From positions 386,322,001-386,386,000 of the forward strand of contig OZ024741.1 of assembly GCA_964016885.1 (NCBI GenBank): a stretch of DNA of 64,000 bases. The letters run 5' to 3'. Of the stretch, positions 52,601 to 64,000 are shown one piece after another (positions within the stretch are counted from its first letter, which is position 1; the number at the start of each line of letters is the position of its first letter). The stretch comes from Eledone cirrhosa. Lineage: Eukaryota. The position numbers and the translations under genes are program-made. The notes below the pieces were generated by a model. That model was not told where the DNA came from. It made no database searches and saw only the letters and a list, made by a program, of their open reading frames with translations.

Positions 52601-53590
52601 AAATCAGTAACGTTTAGTTTGTTTGTGATGATAATGTTTTTGATAACTATGTTAGTCTTGTGTATTATCTTTTGGTACTGTTTGGAGTTCTGGATCTTAG
52701 GGAGGGTGTCTCGTTCCCTCATATCAGATTCTTTCATTTTCATCCATTCGATCATAATTTCATCCTTTAAGTTGGCATGTTCATTCTCATTCATTTCTTT
52801 ATCATTTACGATCTCATTGTTTTCATTTGGAGTTTCATCTTGAGCATGCACTCTCTCCACTTTTTCGATCCTTTCTTTAGTTTGTTCTGTTGTCAGTGAT
52901 TTCGCCCCAACCCTGGGATTCGAAGTGTTACAATTTACCTCGTTTTCACTGACACATGTTTCAATTTCCCTTCGCTGACTTTGTGCTAATAGCTTGATCT
53001 GATCAATTTCTATATCAGTTAGTAACTTTTTTTTTACAATATTTCTTCGTATATTGGCTAGTTTGTTACTGTCAATATAGCCTCTGTTTTCGGGATGTTT
53101 CTTTTTCCAGTTGATATATGTCTGTTCTGTATTCGATGTATTTGATGGGTAGTACATGGCAGTGTAGAAAGCCTCAAGGACTTCTTTATTATCTTCCCTT
53201 AACCATTTTTCTCTCTTTTTCTTTGGATTTCTTGGTGGTGAGCATGGAGGGCCAACAGTAGGAGTATTCCGGTTATGGGAGGTCTCCATAAAGTGAATGG
53301 GAAGTGATGGGAAGGTTTGAATCATTAGCTGATTTTTCGACCCCAGTCTGGTTCCTCTCTGAGGGACGCGGCCCTTTTTGACCCGGGTGACGGCCGATCC
53401 GGTATGAGATTTTATCATTAGACATTTACTTTATTTTGTCGCGTTTTATCCTTATCCGCCAAGGGGTAATCATTTCGTGTTACCACTTCTAGAACGAGTG
53501 TCAACCAAGACTAGAGGGGTCGTTCTCCCCTAGAGACACGGCTATTCCCCGCCGGCCGCCATCCCGGCATTTCTTGGTCACGGGGTTTTC
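49695..53590 (-). mobile_element. Near full-length R4/Dong-like RLE retrotransposon (second family), frameshifted
   Basis: ORF pieces 52294-53418, 51352-52185 (YRPITCL, DYKKAFDS, GIFQGDSLS), 51053-51373 (FYMDDLKLF), 49837-51069 (CRVC..H..C, RHD, RPDI..IDMSVP, KLSKYKDL). Confidence 0.93.
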
Positions 53591-54549
53591 TTTTTTGTTG
53601 TTTTTTTAAATTGTTATTATCATGAGTGGTTCCTTAATGTGAGCATTGCGTGGCTTAAGAATGAAATTATTAATAATTGTCTCCACTCCAGGCACAAGGC
53701 CAGTAATTACCCAGTGCATTACAATAATATAATATACTTTTTGCTGAAGTTGCCTGTTATTGTTGTTGGTGAGGAAGGGGAGCCAGCAGTGCCATAGTTG
53801 TTGACGTTTGGCCGGTGGCCGGGTCACTAAGTCAATCTATTTATATCTTTTGCTAGCCTCTCCCTTGTCTAGTGATACCGCCACCTTCCCCTTTCTTAAG
53901 TTAACAGAAGGTAATGGGGAATAGTGGTGGTAGCAATGAAGGTGTGGTGGCGGCGGTGATGGGATAGTGGTAGCAATGATGGATGGAGTGGTGGTGGCGG
54001 TGGCGTTGTCGTTACTGAGTTTTGTTGAATAGACTGTAGTTTTGTTTGATCTGTAGTATCTATGTGTTTGTGTCGCGTATGTTTAATATATGTGTTGACA
54101 TATTCCCTTAATATTGGAATTAAACATTTTGTTAAAATTTGAGACAATAATAATAGTAATTATTATTATGATGCTGGGATTGGTGGTGGTGGTGGTGAAA
54201 TTGCCGTTATCTGGCTGTTGTATTTAGTGTACACAGCGGGGTGATGGGGTAGGTGGTGTATCTAGTTTCTGGTGTTGGTGAAATTGCTGTTATTTGGCTG
54301 TTCTATATAGTGTAGACAGAGGGGGTTTTCTTCCATTTATAACCATTTTCTTTTTTGAATATAAAATGTATAATACAAAATTGAATATTTGAGCGATATA
54401 ACAATATATTATGGATCCGAATTTTATGAGCCTTGATTCGATGCTTTATGCATCATTTGTACTAAGAATTGTTATTTCACAATTGATTTAAATATGTTAA
54501 AAATCAAAAACTTACGGGAGCGATTTCATGACCTTCTACCACCACGTGC

Positions 54550-54581
54550 GTCTTCTTCTTCTTCTTCTTCTTCTTCTTCTT

Positions 54582-54642
<61 letters not shown>
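54550..54642. repeat. Compound (CTT)n(ATT)n microsatellite
   Basis: Direct inspection. Confidence 0.95.
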
Positions 54643-54644
<2 letters not shown>

Positions 54645-55029
54645 GTAATCATCATTATCATTATTGATTTTAATCTTCGAATAACATTGCTATAGCCTCC
54701 TTTAACACACGGTTTCTTACTTTATATTACAATTTTTCAATAAGCCTTTTTTAAAAGTGTTTTATTGCTGCATTGTATATCATTTGTAATTGAAAGATCT
54801 TTGCTACTTTGGCATATTTCTCATGGCTTTCTTTAACTCCATGCTGGAAGTTAGTTTTTCTTTTATCTCATTTTTGTACTTCTGTATTCCGTACTTTGGC
54901 ACATGACATTACAAGTAGTATGAATATTGTATATATGATTTATTAGCAATATATCTAGCTAATTGCATTCGTCCTGTGAAAGTTGTTGAATTATGTTTGT
55001 TGGCTAATCTTGTTATGTCTGAGTTTTTA

Positions 55030-55085
<56 letters not shown>

Positions 55086-56229
55086 CAGTAGGTTAATTTT
55101 GCTTCTTATGATTTCCAAATTATCTGATAAGACATTTAAATATTAATCAAATGTGCCAACGTTGTTGCCAATGTATATTTTATGTGAATCACCCTTTGTT
55201 TTATTTTAATGTACATTATTTTTTGTTATATTGATGGTTAGTATGTTTTTGTGTTTGTGTGTTTGCATGTGTGTGTATGTGTGTATCCCTGTGTGTATCT
55301 TTATGTGTATTTTATCTGTTTAGTTGGTGTTGTTGCTTTTTTTGAAGGTAGTCGATTGGCAGAATTGTTAGAGCAGCAGATAAATGCATTTGCAGTAATT
55401 GTTCGGGCTCTTTACGCCCTGAGTTCAAATCACACTAAGGTCAAATTTATTTCATCCTCTGGGAACGACAAATAAAATACAAGTGAAGTATTAAGGTTGA
55501 TTCGCCTTCTCTCTCAGAATCGACTTCAATGCCTAAAGTCTGACTATAATAGTGGGGCTCCAGCGAGAGAGGAAGTGTTGTATCGATTGGAATACATTGT
55601 GGTCACACCAATGAAATAATCGAAACCAACATTAAATAAGTATAAATATCAGAAAATAATTGTTGTTGTTGCTTTTCAGTCAGATGTCTGGCGTACGTGA
55701 GCAGATCTATGATAAAAATCATTGCTTAAAATATAATGTATCTATCTAGCCATCATCCGGAAGAAACCCAGGCCAGTGAAAGTTACCCACCTACAGCTTA
55801 GGTTGTCACCTTGGGGTGTCACGTGCTGGGGGTATCACGTCATATACTTAGGGCCATCTAATTACAAAAGGGGAAAATATCAAAATAAATAAAATATAAT
55901 AAATTACAACAAAATGTGAAGATTACCTGAGTGGAACCGAGAATATTTTAGAATATCGTCTAAATGGGCGTGGGAACTGGAAGTTGGAGTGAAGTAAGAG
56001 CCACCCATCTCTGGAAGGCGGAGTGGAGTGAGCGCTGGAAGGTGAAGTGAAGTGAGAACCACCCAACTCAGGCAGAAGGAAATCCATCCAGTTTTCAAAA
56101 TGAATGCATGAAATAAAGAAATAAGTGTCAGTTAGATATTAGTGTCGAAGATGATCAATCCTTGTGAACAAGTTGACCACCCATGCTTTGAGGTGGCAGC
56201 TCCAAGGTTTACCAATCTGTAGATTTAGT

Positions 56230-56520
56230 TATGAGGTCAGAGTTTAGTAAGAAGCTGTATCTTTGATCGTGAATCTTGCGATCAGAGAATAGTAAAACGC
56301 GGCATCTGTGATCGTGAATCATGAGGCCAAATAATTGTAAGAAGCGGTACCTTTGATCGTGAATCATGCCGTCACAGAATAGTAAGAAATGGTACCTTTG
56401 ATCGTGAACCATAAACAGTAAGAAGCAGTAACTGTGGCCGTGAACCACGAGGATAAAGTATTGATCGTGGACCAGGAAGTCATAGAATAATATGATGTGG
56501 TATATTTGATCGTAAATCTT
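56230..56520. repeat. Degenerate 45-bp minisatellite
   Basis: gatcgtgaa-like anchors at 56265, 56310, 56355, 56400, 56436, 56463 and 56508. Confidence 0.8.
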
Positions 56521-56944
56521 GAGGTAAAAGAAATTGAACTGATAAATCATGATCAGTAACCCGAAAGAGTTGTGAGTTGTGACACTACATCAACAAACGG
56601 GATATGAACCGAAATTAAGCATATTCAGAGTGCCAGCAACTCTGGTGTCTGTTCTATATCAACCCATGGGAGAATGAAGCAAGGGAATCTTTATAAGACT
56701 ACTGTAAAAATCTGGATGGAGTGCAGTGGTGACGCGAGTACGATACTGATGATGGAATGAGACATGTGACGTGTCTGTTACTGTGTCCAAAATAATTGCA
56801 AGTTGTAATACACAAGTTTTCTCTTTTTGAAACGAAAAGGTTTGTTTGGAGGATGGTGTCACTGCTATTTCTCACAGTTCAAGCAACCACGTAGAAATTT
56901 CCCCTTTGATTTCATTAACCACTCCTACTACTTCGGCTCGTTTT

Positions 56945-57125
56945 AGTTGTGATTTAGGGACAGTATTCTATATTGTTTAGGTGTGATTCAGAGATAGTAT
57001 TCTCTATTGTCTTGTGATTCAGGGACAGTATTCTATATTGTCTAGTCGTGATTTAGGGACAGTACTCTTTAGTGTTTAGTCAGGATTTAGGGTCACTATT
57101 CTCTAATATCTAGTTGCGATAATAC
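56945..57125. repeat. Degenerate ~34-bp minisatellite, about 5 units
   Basis: gtgatttagggacagtattctatattgt repeated at 56949, 56983, 57014, 57048 and ~57082. Confidence 0.8.
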
Positions 57126-57379
57126 TCTTTACGAATTTCCTTTCTGCGTTAATTGATGAATTGCTTATATTTAGTATTTGCTTTTTTACTGGTTTTGGCC
57201 ATGCTAGAGCACAACCATGTATAGTATTTATTTAAATATATCGACCACCAGCTCATTGTTTGGAACTTAAAAAACAAAAGAGTAGTCACCCTTGGAGGAA
57301 ATAGAATTACGACTGGAACACATTTGATGATGTGTTTGTTTAATCGGGATTGTCTAGAGATCAAATAATAATAAGAAGA

Positions 57380-60300
57380 ATGATTTCATTTATTGGCCAC
57401 AAGGGCCGACACATAGAGGACAATACAAAAGACTGGGACAGTGGGGTTTTACAGAAAAATCGAGTAAACAATATGAATCACAATAACAAAGTAACAATAA
57501 AATTACAAGAAAATATTCCTCAATAGGGGGGATGCCCACCCAGGGTTCGCTCAGGTACCCCACCAATCCTGAACGACCCGACGCTTCGAGAGCACCCTGG
57601 AAGGGCACCCCTCTCCTCCTCAAATTTACCTACCTACAGCTGCATGACCAGAGTAGGCCCACTCACCCGGGCCATTCTCGCCACATTCTCCCACCTTTCA
57701 GCAAATCTACTGGGGGGGGGGGGGGGGGGGGGGCAGCACTTATCTCTCCACCCTCACCTTCCTTTCCAAGTGAAACTTGGAAAAAGTTGATGAGGGATTG
57801 GCCGAAGAGAGAAGTGTCTGTCTTCAGTCCTTTCAACCTCGTCCACCATCCAACCTCTTTCGCTACTGCCACCAGACAGAAGAAAATTGCCTGCCCTTCC
57901 TGGCCAAAAGAAGGCCGCGGGTCGATCTTCACTATGGACTCGGCCGATAGCCGGATCCGTTCTACACGCGACAACAGCTGTTCAACATAACTCCACAAGT
58001 CAGTAATGCACGGACACCGGACGAGTGCGTGCAGAACGGTTTCGTCGCTCTGCGCGCATCTTGGGCAGGGCCGTCTGACAGCACTTCCGTGCCTGTAGAG
58101 TTTATCTCGAACCGGCAGTGCCCCCCGGTAGCACTGCCAAGCGAGGGATTTTTGGAAATTATCCATCGTCCCCGGCTCGAAAGTCCTCCGGTACAGACTG
58201 GTTAGTTCGACTTCGTTGACTCCCAGAGCCTCTCCGAGTGCGTCGTCGTACTTTCCCGCCACTAATCTTCTATAGAACTCGAGAGTGGAAGTTCCACTGA
58301 CCGCATTGCCTGCCTGGTAGAGGGCAGTGAGTGCCTGGCAACATTCCAGATGCCAGTCACCCAGTCTCGGTCTCTTCTTGACCCAGGACTGCAGCCCAGT
58401 CAAAGAAACGAGCTGCGGAAAGGCCCGTCTGACAAACGGCGACCACACCTGTTCACCGTTTAGGCAGAATATCTGAAGATGCAGCAGCCTCAGCGCGTGC
58501 CTGCGCATCATTAACCACGGCATGCCCAGCCCTCCACGTAGAGGGTGCTGGCAGCAGATGGACCGCCTCACCAGCGGAACCTGACTCCTCCACAAGAATT
58601 TGAAGAGGAGCCGCTCCAAGATGGCGAGGCGCGAACGGGGGCAAGGGCACGACGGTCAGACGGTAGTAGATGACGGACGCGATGTACGCGTTCGCCACCT
58701 TCGCCCGACCTTTCAGTGATAGCTTCCTCCCAGCCCATTTCTGGGTGAGAATGGCTAGCCTGGCCGTCACCTCGTCACAATTCTTATCCACCTAACGACG
58801 CTGTTGGACGGCATGGGCTTGCCTCTCCAGGTTCCGAGCTGCAAGCCCACCGACTTTTCCGGGTTAAGTTTTGCTCCTGTCAACCTTTCATATTCCTTCA
58901 ATAAGGTGCCGACCACCTCGATTTCTGAGGTGTCCGACACCATCACGGTGATGTCGTTCGCATAAGACGACACAGCCTTTCCGCGTCCTGGTTGGAGCAG
59001 GATTCCCTGCAACAGCTCCAGCTTCCGCAGTAAAGGGTCGAGAGTCAATACGTACAGAAGGGAGGAGAGAGGGCACCCTTGACGGACCGATTGGGAGACC
59101 TGAAACGGTTCCAAGAGGTGGCCATTAATTTTGACCATCGAGCAGGTGCCGCTGTGCATTGCAGCGATCCAGCTTCTGAAGACGGGGCCGAAGCCAGCAG
59201 CCTTGAGGACAGCCTCCAGGTACCGATGGTCGACCCTATCGAATGCTTTCGATTGATCTAAATTGATCAGAGCCCTACCGAAGCCATGTTTACACCCTAC
59301 CCTCTCTATGATGTATCGCATTAGGTGGAGGTTGTCGTGTATGGATCTGGTTGGGATTTCGCAAGTTTGCGCCTCCCCAACCAAATACCCGACGACAAGC
59401 GCCAACCTCTTCGCTAACACCCTTGCCAAAATCTTAAACTCTGTGTTGAGCAGAGTTATGGGCCTGAAATTGTCTAATGTGTCCCTCTTGTTCTCGTCTT
59501 TCCTTATCAGCGTCACTACGCCCCGGCTCACAGAACTGGGAATACTCCCGTTTTGCTGCCAGTTGCAGTAGAGGGCTTCGAGGAGATTGGAGAACAAGTC
59601 TGGCATATTTACGTAAAGTTCGTAGAGCAGACCATCCAAACCGGGTGACTTGCGCCTCATGCAGCCGACAAGGGCATCCTGAATCTCGGCTGAAGTAATT
59701 GGCCTTTCGCAGCGCCCAGCGTCAGCCGTCGAGAGTTGCGGCAAACCATCGAGGTAGGGACTGAAGTCCGCCACCATCTCTGACCCGCCACTTCCCCCGA
59801 ACAACCGAGCAAAATGTTGACGAAAGGCCTCACACTTCCGCTTGGAATCGCTCAGCTCGTGCCCGTCTCGGTCCGTCAAAGACCGAATCGTGGTTTTATT
59901 ACCACGCTGCGCCTCTGCCACGCGGGCCCATCGAACAGCTTTGGTTCCCTCGTTTCTCAGAGCACGCGCCTTAGCTCTGACAATGCAACCTTCGTGTTTC
60001 GCATTGAAGAAATGGTCTAATGCCATTCTCGCCGCTAGCACGTCAGTTGCAATGCCACTACTAATAGCCTCGTCTAACTTATCTACCAACTCCCCCTCCT
60101 TTCTATTTTTCTCTGACGCTACTTCTTTGCTAAACTCTAATCTCTCTTTTGAGAGGCCACACCATCTATTGTTGTCGAATCCCCCTGTCAACTTTTTCTT
60201 AACTAAATTGTTGACCTGGTCCCTGTAAGCCTTACGTGTCGGAAATGACATGTTTAACTTGCAGTAACCAGGTCCTAAACTACGCGTTTTATCTAGGTCG

Positions 60301-62953
60301 ACCATACAGATCACAAACTTGTGATCTGAATAGGCGACCATTTCAAAACGTGGACAGCTTACACTATTTCTGTCTATTTTCCTAATGAATATCCTGTCTA
60401 TATACAATCTAGATGACCCTATGCGGTTAGCCCAGGTTCACACTGGCGCATTAGGGAAATCTAGTCGGTACCTGTCAGACAGTTGGAACTGGCTGATCAG
60501 GTTCTTGAGGCTTTTGCAATCCCCGCTCCTATCGGATACTCCCACACAGTCCCAGCGTTCCCAGTTCCCCGCTAACAGTAAAGGGCGAAACGTACCCCGA
60601 AAGGCTTCCTGGCGTCTAAAGAAGTCCGGCCGTCCTGCCCTAGTAGGAGCATAGACGGCCACCAGTCTAAAAGCACCACCTTCGTTATTGTTCACGTCCA
60701 GGACCACCAACTTCCCGTCCGGGTACCGGAAGATCGACCTTACCTCGAGATCCAGGCCTTTCCTAAACAGTACTGCCACCCCGCCTCCCATTCCCGGCGG
60801 CTAACAGATGCAAAGATCTGATAGTCGTCGAAAATGGGGCTAGTGCGCGCGTGTCGGAAATCCTGGTCTCGCTGACGGCAATTACATCCATTTCTATAGA
60901 CCTGAGGTCGTTGAGCAGGTGACCCTGCTTCCAGGCGATCCCAGGCCTCGAACATTTAAACATCCTACTCTTAATAAAGCCATGTTGGCAGGTTAAAAAG
61001 AGAGAGATGAAATGTTTACTTACCTTCCTGGCTCTTGTGAAGGTCGGGTTGTTCGACCTCCATAGTTGGTGGGGTTTCTTTTGGGAACCCCTTTAAAAGT
61101 CTTGAAGTGGGTTTTACGTTCGGGGTTCCCACGTCCCGAGGAAAGCTGTCTCGTATTTCTTTGTATAATTCGATCGACATTCGCACAATAACCAAATCTT
61201 CCGGTACGCGAAATGTGCTCGATTTAAAAATTTCCCTCTCTTTTTGTATATTTTCACTTCGTGCTACGAGGGCCATCAATTTTTTGTTGGCCCTCCTGAC
61301 GAGCACGAAGTTTTGTATGTTTTGTTGGTGTGATTTTATTTGTTTGCGTGGCTGTGGTGGTGATGGTTTTGGTGGTGTTGTTTCGGTTGTGTCTGTGTTT
61401 GTTGTGAGTGCGGTGTCTGTGGTTTCAGATGTTTGTGTGTATATTTGTTCTTGCGTCTGTTTAGGTTATTTGCGTTTGGGGGATTCTGGTGATGGTGATG
61501 GTGATGGTGGTGTTGATGTTGGTGTTATTGGAGAGATGTTTGCGTGGGTGGTGTCTGCGTTTTTTTTTTATTGTGGGTGATTTTGTGCTTTGTTGAGTTT
61601 TTTTTTTCTTTTTGTGTTTCCTTTTTTGTATTTTGGAGGATTTTGATTTTCCCTCATCTTCACTACTGGTAGATGAGGGGTCTGTGTCTGTAAGTGTGTC
61701 TGTATGTATGTTTATGGTTTTATTAGTGTGTGTATTTTGGGGGCGGAGGTGGAATTTGACAGCTTTCCTCGTTTCCCCCCTGAGTGGTCACTGTTGGTGG
61801 TGGTCTTTCTATTGGTGTTGTTGTTGGTTGTTTTGCCGGTGCTGATGTTGGTTGTGGTCCTCGCCCCAGCGTCGGCAGCAGTGGAACCTTTCGACCCCTT
61901 GCCTCTTTCAGCAGTTGAGGGCAGAAGGCTCGCAAATGGGTTTTTTCCCCACAAACAAAACACTGCGGCCTTTTGCCTTCGGTCATAATATGAATGACCG
62001 TCCCATTCTGAAGGCGGATGTGGTCCGGGATTGTCTTCACATTCTCGAGCCTGATCTGGAGAAGGATCTCCAGGTCAACCCCGGACCACTCCTCTCTGGC
62101 CGTTCTGGTCACTTCTATAGGGACGGTATCCGTTCCTTCCACAATCACACATCCCATAAGCCACCACATGTCAAGTCCTGGTGGGATTCTGGGAATGCGG
62201 AGACAGGCCGTTCTTTTTCCCATGTGGGAGGGGTACATCATGACCTTGCTGGTTTTGCAAGGAGTCATGGCGTGTTTCATAGCGAGGGCTTCTGACTTGA
62301 ACAACACCGAAATGGTGCCGTACTGTCTGCCCCTCTCTATGTACTGGGTGTTTTCTCTGATGCACCTCAGCGCGACTTCGACATCTTCTTGTGGGATTAA
62401 AGCTGCCCATTTTGTTTGTGCTGAGATGCATCTATAATGCACCGTTCTGCGCTCCACTGCCTCAATAACATCTACCGGGACAGTTAATTTAGCCCAAGTT
62501 TGCTCTTGCTTGATGAGCTTCCGTGCCTGGGCCAACTTTTCACCTTTGTTTTTTCATCTGTATTTTCGTTGTAGCTGTTACTGTCATTTTTTTTTCAAAA
62601 TTAGAGTTCTCATTGGTATCATTGTGTCGTTGTTTACCTTGTCTGTGGTGGTGTTTGTGTTATCAATTTGTGTTAATTTCGCTGTAGCGCTCCTCTCAAC
62701 TTCTACGTCGTTGTCGCACGACAGAAGACATATCGCTGGGGGCGTGGCTCAGCCATGTTTTTTTTTTTCTCCGTAAATTTTTTAACATGTAAAAAAAGTT
62801 CAAATATTTGGGCCAAAAGGCCCAAATATTATACTTTCCCCTTCAGGGGCAAAGTCTAATCCCTTACACAACAAGAAATATTTAACAATAAATAATTTTA
62901 ACAGTCAAATAAAGCGACTTACTGGGAGCGAGCAAAATACGTCCGCTTAGACC
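57380..62953 (-). mobile_element. Full-length (~5.6 kb) Tx1-like LINE, inactivated
   Basis: ORF1 61723-62535 (CCHC), APE 60983-60400, RT 58767-60407 (KSPGLDG, FRPITLLN, DQSKAFDRV, VRQGCPLS, YAND for YADD), zf-RVT 57663-58619. (ATT)n-like tracts at both ends. Confidence 0.95.
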
Positions 62954-62969
62954 AATAATAATAATAATA

Positions 62970-64000
62970 ATACTTTCTTTATTAACCACAAGGGTTTACA
63001 TTAAGTAGACATTATGGACAGTACAGGACAATACAGGGCGGTACAAATGGGCATTTCTGCGTGTAAAAAACAAAAAACAGAGGATGTAACAAAAAATAAC
63101 AATGAAAAATTCCCCAATAGGGGGGAGACTTTCGAAGGACATTTGTTGAAAAAGCCCATTAAAAGGCCACAGTGACCCTGACCACCAGGGCAAGTGCTCT
63201 CTCCCAGTTTTCCACCTTTAATTCACAGACACATACTTAGAGTAGGCCCATTCACCCGGGCCATTCTTGCTTCTCTGACACTTCTTTCAACAAAATGCTG
63301 GGAAGAGAGCACTTCCCTCTCTACCCTGATTTTCCTTTTCAAATGAAATTTGAAAAAGTTAATCAGGGCATCACCGAAGAGGTAAGTGCTCGTCTTCAGC
63401 CCTTTCAAACGTGTCCACCATACTATCTCTTTCGCCATGGCCACCAGACAGATAAAAACTGCCGCCCTTCCCGGCTAAAGGAAGAGGGCAGGGCAATACT
63501 CACGATGGACTCAGCTGATAGCTGGATCCGTCCTACACGCGACAGCAGGTGTTCGACATAAACCCACAAGCCAGCAATTCTCGGACACAGGACGAGTGCG
63601 TGCAGGACGGTTTCGTCGCCCTGCGCGCATCTCGGACATGCCCGGCTGACGGCACCTCCATGCCTGTAGAGTTTATCCCGAACTGGCAAAGCTCCTCGGT
63701 AGCACTGCCAGGCCAGGGATTTCTGGATGTTGTCCATAGGCCCCGGCCCGAAAGTTCTTCCGAAGAGATTGGCTAGTTGATTTTCGTCGACGCCTAGAGT
63801 ACCCCAAGTACGTCGTCGCTCCCCTCCACACACTAATCCTCTATAGAACGCCAAGGTGAAGTTTCCACCGATCACATTGCCCGATTGGTCGAGGGCTGTG
63901 AGCGCCTGAAGACATTCCAGTCTCCAAGCACTCCCACTCGGTCTTCGCTTGACCCAGGACTGCAGCTCCGTCAAGGAGACGAGCTGGGGAAAGACGCGTC
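62970..64000 (-). mobile_element. 3' part of a further Tx1-like LINE, head-to-tail with the preceding element; runs off the window
   Basis: LPVRDKL..CPRCAQGDETVLHALVLC, WWTRLKGLKTSTYLFG, 3' UTR ending cccttgtggttaataaa. Confidence 0.9.

Noticed and set aside
57380-62953. Active autonomous LINE
   Set aside because: Frameshifts in APE and ORF1, and catalytic YADD changed to YAND.

Overview
AT-rich eukaryotic genomic DNA, dense in microsatellites and retroelements. The SINE/LINE content resembles a cephalopod (Octopus-like) genome; this is an inference from recalled repeat families, not a database result. The only host coding sequence I can support is two frame-compatible leucine-rich-repeat exons (5613-5696 and 25185-25344, + strand, LRRC63-like) that the ORF track misses, separated by a ~19.5 kb intron. 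The rest is decayed mobile DNA: R4/Dong-like RLE LINEs, Tx1-like L1-clade LINEs, two kinds of RTE LINE, Penelope-like fragments and short elements with minimal hammerhead ribozyme motifs, tRNA-derived SINEs, a TTAA-flanked piggyBac-type MITE and several foldback hairpins. No element has an intact ORF set. Main observations: (1) a ~7.5 kb array of ~156 x 48-bp units lying inside the 3' UTR of one truncated RTE copy, where a sister copy has only ~2 units; (2) Tx1 LINEs, a SINE with a Tx1-like tail and Dong-like LINEs repeatedly meeting at (ATT/TAA)n tracts with fixed opposite polarity; (3) several distinct hammerhead-bearing short elements and near-perfect hairpins at (TA)n; (4) a ~3.8 kb inverted pair of Tx1 cassettes that share lesions. 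The 1000-1500 aa ORFs are artefacts of the 48-bp repeat.
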